Positions 10,460-19,174 of a stretch of 64,000 nucleotides of DNA are shown here, piece after piece (positions within the stretch are counted from its first letter, which is position 1; the number at the start of each line of letters is the position of its first letter). Both the position numbers and the translations under genes were made by a program. The notes under the pieces are model-generated. The model ran no database searches and had not been told where the DNA came from. It saw only the letters and a program-made list of their open reading frames with translations. The DNA is from an uncultured virus (IMG/VR IMGVR_UViG_2700989659_000001) (Duplodnaviria; Heunggongvirae; Uroviricota; Caudoviricetes): the IMG/VR virus record IMGVR_UViG_2700989659_000001; one strand, 5' to 3'.

Positions 10460-11299
10460 TTACACAATATTATTCTTATCTAATCCATTTTCTTTAAGAA
10501 TTGCGTACATCGTTCCATCTGCTTTCATCTCATCAATCTTTTCATTTAGTACGTTTAGTAGCGTATTATCATTTTTTCTAATAGCTATTCCTATATTCCC
10601 TATTAGCTCCGGGCTATAATCATCTAGCGTCTTTAAAAAAAGATTCGTATGATCTTTTAAAGCTTTGTTTACAACAAGTGAATCTGCTATACCAGCATCT
10701 ATTTTCCCATTGTTTATTGAATTTAGCAATTCAGATATGCTTTGAAAAATTTCTATGTCTTTTATTAATCCAGCAGTCTTCCATTTTTGAGCTAATTCTA
10801 AGTATACAGTTCCTTTTTCTACTCCAACTACTGCATTTTTTAAATCATCTTTGAAATTAATTTTTGATGCCTTTGGAACTATAACTACCTCTGTTTCCGC
10901 ATATAATGGGTGAGTAAATGATACTTCTTTCTCCCTCTCTGGAATTATATACATTCCACCAGATGCTATATCTATATTTTCGTCAGTTTTTAATCCTTGT
11001 AATAATTCTGAAAACACTGTGCTTTTAAAATCAACTTTATTAATTTTAAGCCTATTTGAAATTTCATTTATTATATCTGCGTCAATGCCTCTTACCTTTT
11101 GAGTGTTAATATCCAAAAAATAGAATGGTGGATCACTTGAAGCAGCTGCAACAGTAAGAGTTCCTTTTTCTTTTATAGTTTGCAATCTATCTTTTTCAAT
11201 TAAATTATCAACTCTTACAACTTCATTAATGTTTACAGTAAACCCAATTATCCTGCAAATGAAATTTACTATAACAATCAAAGCAACTATTTTCTTCAT
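10460..11299 (-). CDS. Polar amino-acid ABC substrate-binding protein (family 3)
   Basis: GTLTVA...PPF...GIDADI...VSFTHP...KADGT. Confidence 0.88.
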   Translation of the reverse strand: MKKIVALIVIVNFICRIIGFTVNINEVVRVDNLIEKDRLQTIKEKGTLTVAAASSDPPFYFLDINTQKVRGIDADIINEISNRLKINKVDFKSTVFSELLQGLKTDENIDIASGGMYIIPEREKEVSFTHPLYAETEVVIVPKASKINFKDDLKNAVVGVEKGTVYLELAQKWKTAGLIKDIEIFQSISELLNSINNGKIDAGIADSLVVNKALKDHTNLFLKTLDDYSPELIGNIGIAIRKNDNTLLNVLNEKIDEMKADGTMYAILKENGLDKNNIV

Positions 11300-11524
11300 A
11301 ACTAAAATTTTCCTCCTGAATAGGCTATTTTAATGTTAGTTTCTCTAGCAAACTTTAGATTATTCATATTTTTTAAATACTTTTTTTGCTTGTTTATATT
11401 ATAGAATTTTAAATACTCATATAAGTATACATTAATAATTTTTAAACATTTCTATATTGATAGTAAAAATTTTTCTAGAAATACCTTTTATTATTACTTA
11501 ATTCTATAAGATCATTTCTTTGAA

Positions 11525-11667
11525 GTAACATTTTTCAAAACGCCATAATATATTAAAGTGATATAAGCAATTATATTATCGATTTCTCCATCACTCAAAA
11601 AGTTTTCATGATCTAACCTCATTAAATATTCTAAAAAAGCAGTAGTTGGATTATTCCTAGCTACTGC
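11525..11667 (+). repeat. ~145-bp direct repeat, copy 2
   Basis: Near-identical to 10293-10437. Confidence 0.9.
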
Positions 11668-11719
11668 CACTACTTGAATATTATATTAATTATGATAGTA
11701 TATGTAAGGAGGTGCTTTT

Positions 11720-12262
11720 ATGGGACAAGAAATTAAAATTCCAGCTAAATTAAGTATAAAAAACATATATTCTTTATTTATTTACTATTTCATACTATTA
11801 ATCTTAACTGTGTTAAATACAATATATATATTGTATATCCATTATTTAAATTTATCAAATGATACGAATTTTACAGAAAATTTCAACAATATTTTATCGG
11901 GGTGTATTTCTTTTTCTATTTGTGCAAGTTGTATATATTATATTCGTAAATTATACAAGCTTTCTCTAGCAAATAGGATTGAAATTTTTTCTACTAATAA
12001 TGCAGATTTGATACATATAGGAACACTTTGCTATTTTATTATAAGACCATGGTTTGCAGGAGTGTTTAGTATTATATTATTTTTAGGGTTAAATAGTGGT
12101 ATTCTTATTGTAAGTGGTAATAATAATTCAACAAATAAATTAATGGATTTATACATATTCCTGAGTTTCTTTGTGGGATTTTCTAGTGGAAAGTTTCTAC
12201 ATTACATAGAAAATAAATCTGGAGATATTATTGACTCATTTTCAAATTCCAAATCTGAATAA
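11720..12262 (+). CDS. Four-TM membrane protein of unknown function
   Basis: AAGGAGG RBS; four hydrophobic segments. Confidence 0.75.
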   Translation: MGQEIKIPAKLSIKNIYSLFIYYFILLILTVLNTIYILYIHYLNLSNDTNFTENFNNILSGCISFSICASCIYYIRKLYKLSLANRIEIFSTNNADLIHIGTLCYFIIRPWFAGVFSIILFLGLNSGILIVSGNNNSTNKLMDLYIFLSFFVGFSSGKFLHYIENKSGDIIDSFSNSKSE

Positions 12263-12264
12263 GC

Positions 12265-12300
12265 AAAAAACTCAGATTAAAAAATGAATCTGAGTTTTTT
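12265..12300. terminator. Bidirectional terminator
   Basis: AAAAAACTCAGATT/AATCTGAGTTTTTT between convergent genes. Confidence 0.85.
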
Positions 12301-12306
12301 GTTCTC

Positions 12307-13293
12307 TTAAGTCTCAAACCTTATGCCTAAGTCTGTATATATAGGCCTTAATAAATCATCAGTTAATGGCCAATCCATTTGAACTTGAACGGGATATTTT
12401 TTAACTAGATAATATAGCAATATAACAATTGATTGCCGAAATAATAGCTTGTTAGTATATTTTGCATTAATTTGTTCTTTCATAAATTGAAAATATTCAT
12501 CAACAAACTTTTTAAATTCATCATGTTCAATTTCTTGGATTAAGGTATGATAAGAATTTATTATCAAATCCTGAATTCTACTATTATCCTCCGGATTCTT
12601 TATCTCTAAGTATTTCTGTTTTATTATCGGAAGTAAATTATTTGATTTTAAATTATTTAAATTAATCATGGCATCACTTACCTCCTTAAAAATTCCATCT
12701 GTGGTTTCAATCATTGCCATACTTCTTGCAACTAACCTTTGAACATTAGCTTCAACTTGCTGCTTTGGCTTATACACAGTATCATGAGTTAATTCGCTAT
12801 ATGCATGTTGCAACAAAGTTCTGATTTGTATCTCACATGTTACATCCTTTTCAATAGTAATATTATTTACAGTTCTTATTTTATTATTCGTAACTACATA
12901 ATGAACTGATTGATAATCGAAAAAAGTAGGTTTTTCCTCTCTCTCTTTTTCAAAATCCCTATCTTTAGATGATATCCATTCATCAGATTTTTCAACAATA
13001 TCCTTTATTATATTTATATCTTCTAATAATAATACTACAAACCTTATACCAACTTTATCAGTAATATCATGTAATGGATTTGAATAATTTTTTCCCCTAT
13101 AAAAAGCTTTTTCTAAGATTGAAGCATTACCTTTTAATCTTACTTGTGGCTTTATTTTTAAAAAAAGCTCTACATCAAATCCTTTTTCATTAATTTTTTT
13201 AACTATATAATTATTAACATAATTCCCCCATTCGTTTATCATTGGTTTAATTTTCTCATATTCTTCTAAAAAATTTTCCTCTTTATTAATCAT
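12307..13293 (-). CDS. RelA/SpoT-family small alarmone synthetase with C-terminal helical extension, no hydrolase domain
   Basis: RLK..S..EK, DKVGIR, YQSVH, EIQIRT..QH...ELTHD..YK. Confidence 0.9.
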   Translation of the reverse strand: MINKEENFLEEYEKIKPMINEWGNYVNNYIVKKINEKGFDVELFLKIKPQVRLKGNASILEKAFYRGKNYSNPLHDITDKVGIRFVVLLLEDINIIKDIVEKSDEWISSKDRDFEKEREEKPTFFDYQSVHYVVTNNKIRTVNNITIEKDVTCEIQIRTLLQHAYSELTHDTVYKPKQQVEANVQRLVARSMAMIETTDGIFKEVSDAMINLNNLKSNNLLPIIKQKYLEIKNPEDNSRIQDLIINSYHTLIQEIEHDEFKKFVDEYFQFMKEQINAKYTNKLLFRQSIVILLYYLVKKYPVQVQMDWPLTDDLLRPIYTDLGIRFET

Positions 13294-14348
13294 TGTTGAT
13301 ATTTAATCTTTCCATTAATTTCAATTTTAGTTATATCATTATTATCTGATGGAAGTATTTTTATTAATTTACTAAACTCTTCTGATGGACCTATAATACT
13401 AATTTCATTAGAAAATTTTATTTTCCGTTGTTTTAGTCTAGTTTCTAAATATTGCGTATCTTTATTTATAGATGTCGCTGGTATTTTTTTATCAATCATG
13501 AAAGTGCTATATGAATCTCTAAATTCCCTTTTCAATGAATTGTTACTAAAATCATCTATGCTTATAGTCGCATTAACATTTGATTTTATATATGAATACA
13601 ATTCTAAATTTAAATCTAGTTTTTCTTCATCTGGAAGCTCTAATGAATTTATGAATTCTTTTGATCCTTCATAAAAATGCTGAGTTAGTAATTTACTGTT
13701 ATTCTTAAAATCACAACCTAGGAATAAGTCGTAAAAATAAGTTGCAGCATCTTTCGTTTCTGTCTTCTTCATATTATGATCATATACAAAAATTGTATAC
13801 TTATCTGCTAAATTATTTGAGTTTTGATTGTCCTCTATGAAAACTGCAATTTTATAAAGTTTTTGCTCTGGTGTAAGTAAAAGATCCGATAAATATTTTA
13901 AAACTTCATTTTGCCCATCTATTTTAGTAGTTGTAAAACCACTGTGCAAATCTGCCTTAATTATACCGCATATACGTTTATTATTTAATCCTATCGTACC
14001 TTCAAAAATTAATACAATTCCACCTGGTATACGCCTAGATGATTGGGCTTTTGCTAATTTGTATGTAATCTTTTTTGAATTTTCGATGAATGTATTTTCA
14101 TCACTTCTTATTGATTCATCCACACATTTTACACAGCTTCCTTCTGAAATATCAATTATCCCCATTTCTAAACTGTTTGACTTATTACCGATAGCATTTA
14201 TTACCCTTTCCTTAAGAACTTCAATACCATCAGTATCTAATACAGACAACGATTTACTATATAATGGCTCTACTAATTCTTTATCAATATTTCTTTTGAA
14301 TATTTTATGAATAATAACTCTTTCTATTTTTAAATTTATGAATTCCAT
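13290..14348 (-). CDS. NA37/YejK(NdpA)-family nucleoid-associated protein
   Basis: IERVIIHKI N-terminus, GG..L, IIK, LYKIA, YF..FLG motifs; 352 aa. Confidence 0.75.
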   Translation of the reverse strand: MEFINLKIERVIIHKIFKRNIDKELVEPLYSKSLSVLDTDGIEVLKERVINAIGNKSNSLEMGIIDISEGSCVKCVDESIRSDENTFIENSKKITYKLAKAQSSRRIPGGIVLIFEGTIGLNNKRICGIIKADLHSGFTTTKIDGQNEVLKYLSDLLLTPEQKLYKIAVFIEDNQNSNNLADKYTIFVYDHNMKKTETKDAATYFYDLFLGCDFKNNSKLLTQHFYEGSKEFINSLELPDEEKLDLNLELYSYIKSNVNATISIDDFSNNSLKREFRDSYSTFMIDKKIPATSINKDTQYLETRLKQRKIKFSNEISIIGPSEEFSKLIKILPSDNNDITKIEINGKIKYQQ

Positions 14349-14585
14349 TTTAACCCTCCATCAATTTTATTTATATAATATAAAAATTATGCTATAATAG
14401 AGGTATCTTAATAGAACTCTATTATAGCTAAGAACTCACGAGATTACCGTCTCATATGTGAGTTCTTTTTATTGGTTGTATTTACATAATACTACAGTTT
14501 GTACAAGTTTTCCACAAAATAAAAATAAAGGGTAACAAACAATATTTCTACTGCCTACCACCCTAAAATTTATATCTCTTAGCTA

Positions 14586-14744
14586 TTATATTTTCCCCAA
14601 ATTTTTAATCAAATTTTGTAATACATCAGTCAATCCATACTTAACTATTAAATATGATCCATACCCTACAATGACTGCTCCTATAATTACAACTATATAA
14701 AAAAGTATTCTGTTAATTATGTACTTAACCATTCTTATAATCAT
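14586..14744 (-). CDS. 52-aa single-TM protein
   Basis: GGAGAGG RBS, hydrophobic core, own terminator at 14529-14564. Confidence 0.6.
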   Translation of the reverse strand: MIIRMVKYIINRILFYIVVIIGAVIVGYGSYLIVKYGLTDVLQNLIKNLGKI

Positions 14745-14870
14745 AAAATCCTCTCCCTCTAAGATTTTGCTTTATGGTTATATTACTATATTATGTAATT
14801 TAAGTCAAAAAAATAAAGGCACAGGATTACTCCCATACCCTAAGAACTCTAATTTAACCTTTAATCTTTT

Positions 14871-15131
14871 CTATGATATTTCTTCTATAGCTAATAATCT
14901 TGGAGAATTCCCTTGCTGAATTTTAATATATACCTTAGCCATCTTCATTTGTAAATCCTCTATAATTGTTTTTACTTTACATATAAAATAATAATCTTCT
15001 ATACCATTTGTAACTAAAGCTATAGGTTTAAAATTCCATCCTTTAATCCCATTTAATGCTTTATGTAATATTTTTTTATCTTCTTTAGTAATTTTATTTC
15101 TGATTTCCAATTCGTCATTTTCCTTTTTCAT
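14871..15131 (-). CDS. Hypothetical protein, 86 aa
   Basis: GGGAG RBS; flanked by a 26-bp direct repeat. Confidence 0.7.
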   Translation of the reverse strand: MKKENDELEIRNKITKEDKKILHKALNGIKGWNFKPIALVTNGIEDYYFICKVKTIIEDLQMKMAKVYIKIQQGNSPRLLAIEEIS

Positions 15132-15272
15132 AATACCAACTCCCTTTATACTAATTATATTACAATTAGTTTTTGTCAGCTGTTTGTCAAATATGTTAAC
15201 CTTTTCTTAAAAATTTCTTAATAAAAAATTAAGGGCACAGAATTACTCCCATACCCTAAAACTATTTTTACC

Positions 15273-16880
15273 TTATGCATTTTTTATTTTATCAAGTGGA
15301 AAATACTTTCCTGGACACTCTGAACTTCCTTTTTCTCTATGCCCATATACTGGCATATTGCCATACTTATTCCATAGATAAGCCTTCAATTGGCACCACG
15401 AATTATATTGAGCTTCTGGCATTTGCGTCCTTGTATCATAATTACCTTCAAAGGCTATACCAAGTGAATTAGTGTTAGCTCCCTGACAATGAGCACCAAT
15501 TGCATTATCTGGTCTGCCTTTATAGACACTACCGTCTAATCTAATATAATAATGATATCCAATACCTGCCCATCCATTTTCATTTTTATGCATATTGTGA
15601 ATCATTTCAACAGTCCAGTTAGATCCTTCTGCTTCTATATGATGAACAATTGATATAGAAGGATTGTTTGTCATGTTCATACTTCCAAAATCAAGGCCTA
15701 CATCTATACAATTGAATGTTGTATTTTTTATCCATGCTCCATTAGAATCAAAGCTATAATTTTTACCATCTATAAGTATTGTGCAATTTACATAGCAATA
15801 CCCCTTATCTATGTCTAGATAGTACCAATTAGTATCTGTGTCCTGATACCATCCCGTCAGCATAATTCCATCATTGCCTACTCTATACCATTTACCTTTC
15901 CAAGATATCCATTTATCTACTACCATTGCACAAGTTTCAGATTCTAAATAGTACCATTTGTTTTTATACTGTATCCAATCTCCATCTATTGCATATCCTT
16001 CATTATTAAAGTAATACCAGGATTCCTTAATTTGTTTCCAGCATTCTTCATAATAGGTATTACCATCTTCTGAATACCACCATCCTTTATCATTTTTATT
16101 CCATCCAACCTTATAAATCTCAACTTCTGGAACCTTAACATTTTTTATATCTTCCAATACCCATAGCTCTTTAATAATATTAGAATCTATATCTAGATAA
16201 TATTTCCCTTTGTCACCATTCCAATCTCCCCAGCTATTAATTAAAATTAGTGAACCTTCTTTATATCCAATACAAAGCATAGCATGAGAACCTTGTTTAC
16301 TACCATTAGGAATATTGGGTATAATCCCTTTATTAGTATTGGCCTCGTAGAAATTATCGTAAACGTAGCAAGTTAGCAGTATTGGTTTTTGATATTTAAC
16401 CAGGTATTCTTTTATGTCTTCTGTAGATAAATATATGTAAGCTAAGGATTTATGATCGTCAGCCTCATCTAACAATTTTTTTTTATTGTATTTATCTAAT
16501 GTTGTAACTATGGATGGATATTCTTCATTTACTGGAAAAGATGTTTTTTTGCAATCTCCAAATTTAACAAGATTCCTCAAAGCTTCTCTAGTAACCATCC
16601 CAGTTCCTTTATAGTCATTTTCTTGTCTATTAGCATAGATAAACCCAACTGAATACATATCATTACTACTTACTGCATCTATATATGATTTCATTTCACT
16701 TAATGCATGTGCAACACAGCTTCCCACTTGACCTTGACACAATATTGGATAATCATAGTCCAATATAAATTCCTCCAGAATATCTATTTTTTCACTTGAA
16801 CTTGAAATCATTGAGTAATCATAATCTCTTAAATCTACAGGCGAATCTATTACGCCTAATATATAATTTTTATCATCCAT
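15273..16880 (-). CDS. Endolysin: papain-like C1 peptidase + choline-binding-type repeats + Amidase_2/PGRP domain
   Basis: QGQVGSC, GSHAM, LINSWG; WYY repeats; HH..GWAGIGYHY..GAHC..GHRE..CPG. Confidence 0.85.
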   Translation of the reverse strand: MDDKNYILGVIDSPVDLRDYDYSMISSSSEKIDILEEFILDYDYPILCQGQVGSCVAHALSEMKSYIDAVSSNDMYSVGFIYANRQENDYKGTGMVTREALRNLVKFGDCKKTSFPVNEEYPSIVTTLDKYNKKKLLDEADDHKSLAYIYLSTEDIKEYLVKYQKPILLTCYVYDNFYEANTNKGIIPNIPNGSKQGSHAMLCIGYKEGSLILINSWGDWNGDKGKYYLDIDSNIIKELWVLEDIKNVKVPEVEIYKVGWNKNDKGWWYSEDGNTYYEECWKQIKESWYYFNNEGYAIDGDWIQYKNKWYYLESETCAMVVDKWISWKGKWYRVGNDGIMLTGWYQDTDTNWYYLDIDKGYCYVNCTILIDGKNYSFDSNGAWIKNTTFNCIDVGLDFGSMNMTNNPSISIVHHIEAEGSNWTVEMIHNMHKNENGWAGIGYHYYIRLDGSVYKGRPDNAIGAHCQGANTNSLGIAFEGNYDTRTQMPEAQYNSWCQLKAYLWNKYGNMPVYGHREKGSSECPGKYFPLDKIKNA

Positions 16881-16935
16881 CTATATCATTTCCTCTCTAT
16901 AAAAATAAAAGAGCAGCCATTAGGCCACTCTAAAA

Positions 16936-17391
16936 TTAAGCTGTTACTTGCGCTGCATCTTGTGTTATTGGTGTAATAATTAAAGCCTGAACTTTGCTTA
17001 ATTGATCGGTTAATGCTGCTAATTCAGCTTTCAAATTAGTGTTATCATCTTGTAGCTGTTTAAGTAAAATAGAATCATCAACTACTGCAGCTTTAGTTTG
17101 ATTTACTTCTCCTGCTATCGCTTGCCTTATTTCTGCAATATCACCTGCGCTCAACTCAGGGAATTTAGTTATTAACAACTTATCAAACATTTCTGCTTTA
17201 CTTGCAAGTTTTTCTTCTATAGTCTTTGAAATTCTGAAATGTTCATCTACTATGTTCCAAACTTGCTTAGCAGCTGTGATATAATTTTTATTCTTCAGAA
17301 TTTGCTCTTCAACTCCACTTTTAATTAATTTACTTTCTAATACCTTGATTATTAATTTTAATGCTGTTCTTATCATTTTACATTCCTCCAA
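16936..17391 (-). CDS. Lysis-module protein, possibly holin-associated
   Basis: Lies between the XhlA-like gene and the lysin. Confidence 0.5.
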   Translation of the reverse strand: MEECKMIRTALKLIIKVLESKLIKSGVEEQILKNKNYITAAKQVWNIVDEHFRISKTIEEKLASKAEMFDKLLITKFPELSAGDIAEIRQAIAGEVNQTKAAVVDDSILLKQLQDDNTNLKAELAALTDQLSKVQALIITPITQDAAQVTA

Positions 17392-17628
17392 TTATTTATT
17401 AAATATTCCTGTTTGAACTGCATAAAAAAAGAAGCTAACTAAAGCTCCTCCAATTGCAGTTATAAACCACTTCATCATACTGGTTAAGTTTTTAAGATTT
17501 TCACATAGGTTCTTAAGCTCTGTCTTTAGTTCTCTTCCATCTTGTTCAAGCTTATCTAATCTATCTCCATGATTATTAAGCCTTTTGTCATGAGTTTCTA
17601 TTTCATGTCTAATTAATTCTTCATTCAT
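17392..17628 (-). CDS. xhlA: XhlA-family holin/hemolysin
   Basis: Coiled coil + C-terminal TM (KWFITAIGGALVSFFF). Confidence 0.8.
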   Translation of the reverse strand: MNEELIRHEIETHDKRLNNHGDRLDKLEQDGRELKTELKNLCENLKNLTSMMKWFITAIGGALVSFFFYAVQTGIFNK

Positions 17629-17754
17629 ATATTACTTCCTTCCTTATTTATTTGAAATAAAAGCATAAAATTCAGAAAATATTCTAAACTTTATGCTTTT
17701 TAAAGGTTTTTTTGTATTATTATAGAAATTAAAGTTATTAGGGAGGTGATTAAA

Positions 17755-17895
17755 ATGCCAACTAATAATGGGAATAATTCCAATTCATCTAAATCTATTC
17801 CAAAAAGCAGTCCTAAACCACCTAGAACTAGTGTGAGAGATGGTTCTGGTAATAAAGATACTACTAGGTTAGATGAACTTTTTAAAAGGCACTAA
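17755..17895 (+). CDS. 46-aa low-complexity peptide
   Basis: GGAGGTG RBS; MPTNNGNNSNSSKSIPKSSPKPPR...; absent from ORF track. Confidence 0.65.
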   Translation: MPTNNGNNSNSSKSIPKSSPKPPRTSVRDGSGNKDTTRLDELFKRH

Positions 17896-18530
17896 TTACT
17901 TATGTTATTCGGGAGTTTGCTTTCATCGAAATAATACTCCTGAATAACTAAATTATTTTTATAATCTACGTATTCCCTTTTTATTTCTTTAAAGCAATCT
18001 GAATATTTAATCATATCATCTACGTGAATAAGAACTAGATCTCTTTCTGACTTACCATCTAAATCCCAATGCTTTACAAAACCTTGAGCAATAACTTTAT
18101 TATTTTTTAAAACTTTAACTGGTACTTCTTTATTTTCCTTGAAGAAATCTTCCCAAGGATTTAAAGAATTCGTTTTTTCTGACTCTCCGACTTTGATTCT
18201 AAGCCAATTTATTATATTAATTTTTGCTTTATACTCAATAAAAATAACACTCAAGCTCACTACACCAGTTGTAAAGATAGTTAGTAATGTGTATTTGAGC
18301 ACAAATTTCAGACTTTTAAATAATAGAAATAATTGTTCCAATTCCGTATGTCTAAACACATATACAAGTACTATAAGATTTAGAATCAATACTGGAACGC
18401 TATAAATTAAAGATATTATTGTTTTCTCTGCATCACTTTTAATTTCTTTAACTGAAATAACTTCTTCTTTTATTTTTCTTACAAAAAAACCTGGTATAAC
18501 CATCAACAATAATGCTATAAAATTTTCCAT
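17892..18530 (-). CDS. Three-TM moron protein, DUF6338-like
   Basis: LLMVIPGF start, NPWEDFF, QGFV motifs. Confidence 0.6.
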   Translation of the reverse strand: MENFIALLLMVIPGFFVRKIKEEVISVKEIKSDAEKTIISLIYSVPVLILNLIVLVYVFRHTELEQLFLLFKSLKFVLKYTLLTIFTTGVVSLSVIFIEYKAKINIINWLRIKVGESEKTNSLNPWEDFFKENKEVPVKVLKNNKVIAQGFVKHWDLDGKSERDLVLIHVDDMIKYSDCFKEIKREYVDYKNNLVIQEYYFDESKLPNNISN

Positions 18531-18666
18531 AACCTCACCTCTATATATTTAAATTCTCTATAATAACATCTATTTCCTTTCAACAAATTAAATTTATAAA
18601 AATAAGCAACAAAATACCTAATTGGTTCTATCTATTGTCTTTATTTAACTAGTACACCCTTGTTTC

Positions 18667-18840
18667 CTATGATGCACTACTTTCTGTAGTTGTATCTTCC
18701 ATAGCTCCCATATCTACAAGGACTAATTTTACCTGTTCTTGTAAATCCAAAAGATTAGGAACATCCTTATATTCGTAAGTGCCTCCTACGATTAATGTAA
18801 CCCATACTTTTACGCATCCACTGTTTTTATTAAATTGCAT
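18667..18840 (-). CDS. Small tail-fibre-associated protein (XkdX/CD1375-like)
   Basis: AGGAG RBS before ATG 18840; LIVGGTY..DVP. Confidence 0.6.
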   Translation of the reverse strand: MQFNKNSGCVKVWVTLIVGGTYEYKDVPNLLDLQEQVKLVLVDMGAMEDTTTESSAS

Positions 18841-18874
18841 TCTAAACACTCTCCTTAAAATTAAATTTATTGTA

Positions 18875-19159
18875 CTAAGCATTAGTAGTTTCCATAGTTG
18901 CTACTATGCTTGTTAATTCTGCATTTGCTTGCGTTAAACTCGCTACCTGCTCTTGTAATTTCTCTATATCTGTTTTAGGTATATCTTCAAAATTTGGAAC
19001 ATTTGGAGCTTTAGTTGTATCTATACTAGTCACTCTTTGTCCAACTGGAATTTCCACTTCTAAATAATTAATACCACCTTCTGGTACTCTATATGGAGCA
19101 TTAAATGTTAAAATTATATATCCTGTATTATCATAAATTACTAGTGTTTTCAATTTCAT
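18875..19159 (-). CDS. Tail fibre assembly/XkdW-like protein
   Basis: LVIYDNTG start, C-terminal coiled coil, follows fibre gene. Confidence 0.6.
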   Translation of the reverse strand: MKLKTLVIYDNTGYIILTFNAPYRVPEGGINYLEVEIPVGQRVTSIDTTKAPNVPNFEDIPKTDIEKLQEQVASLTQANAELTSIVATMETTNA

Positions 19160-19174
19160 CTCTCCTTTTTATTT

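Noticed and set aside
14540..14555. ATTTCTACT resembling the Cas12a repeat (also ~5123)
   Set aside because: Isolated copies forming GAAA-loop terminator hairpins; no spacers or cas genes
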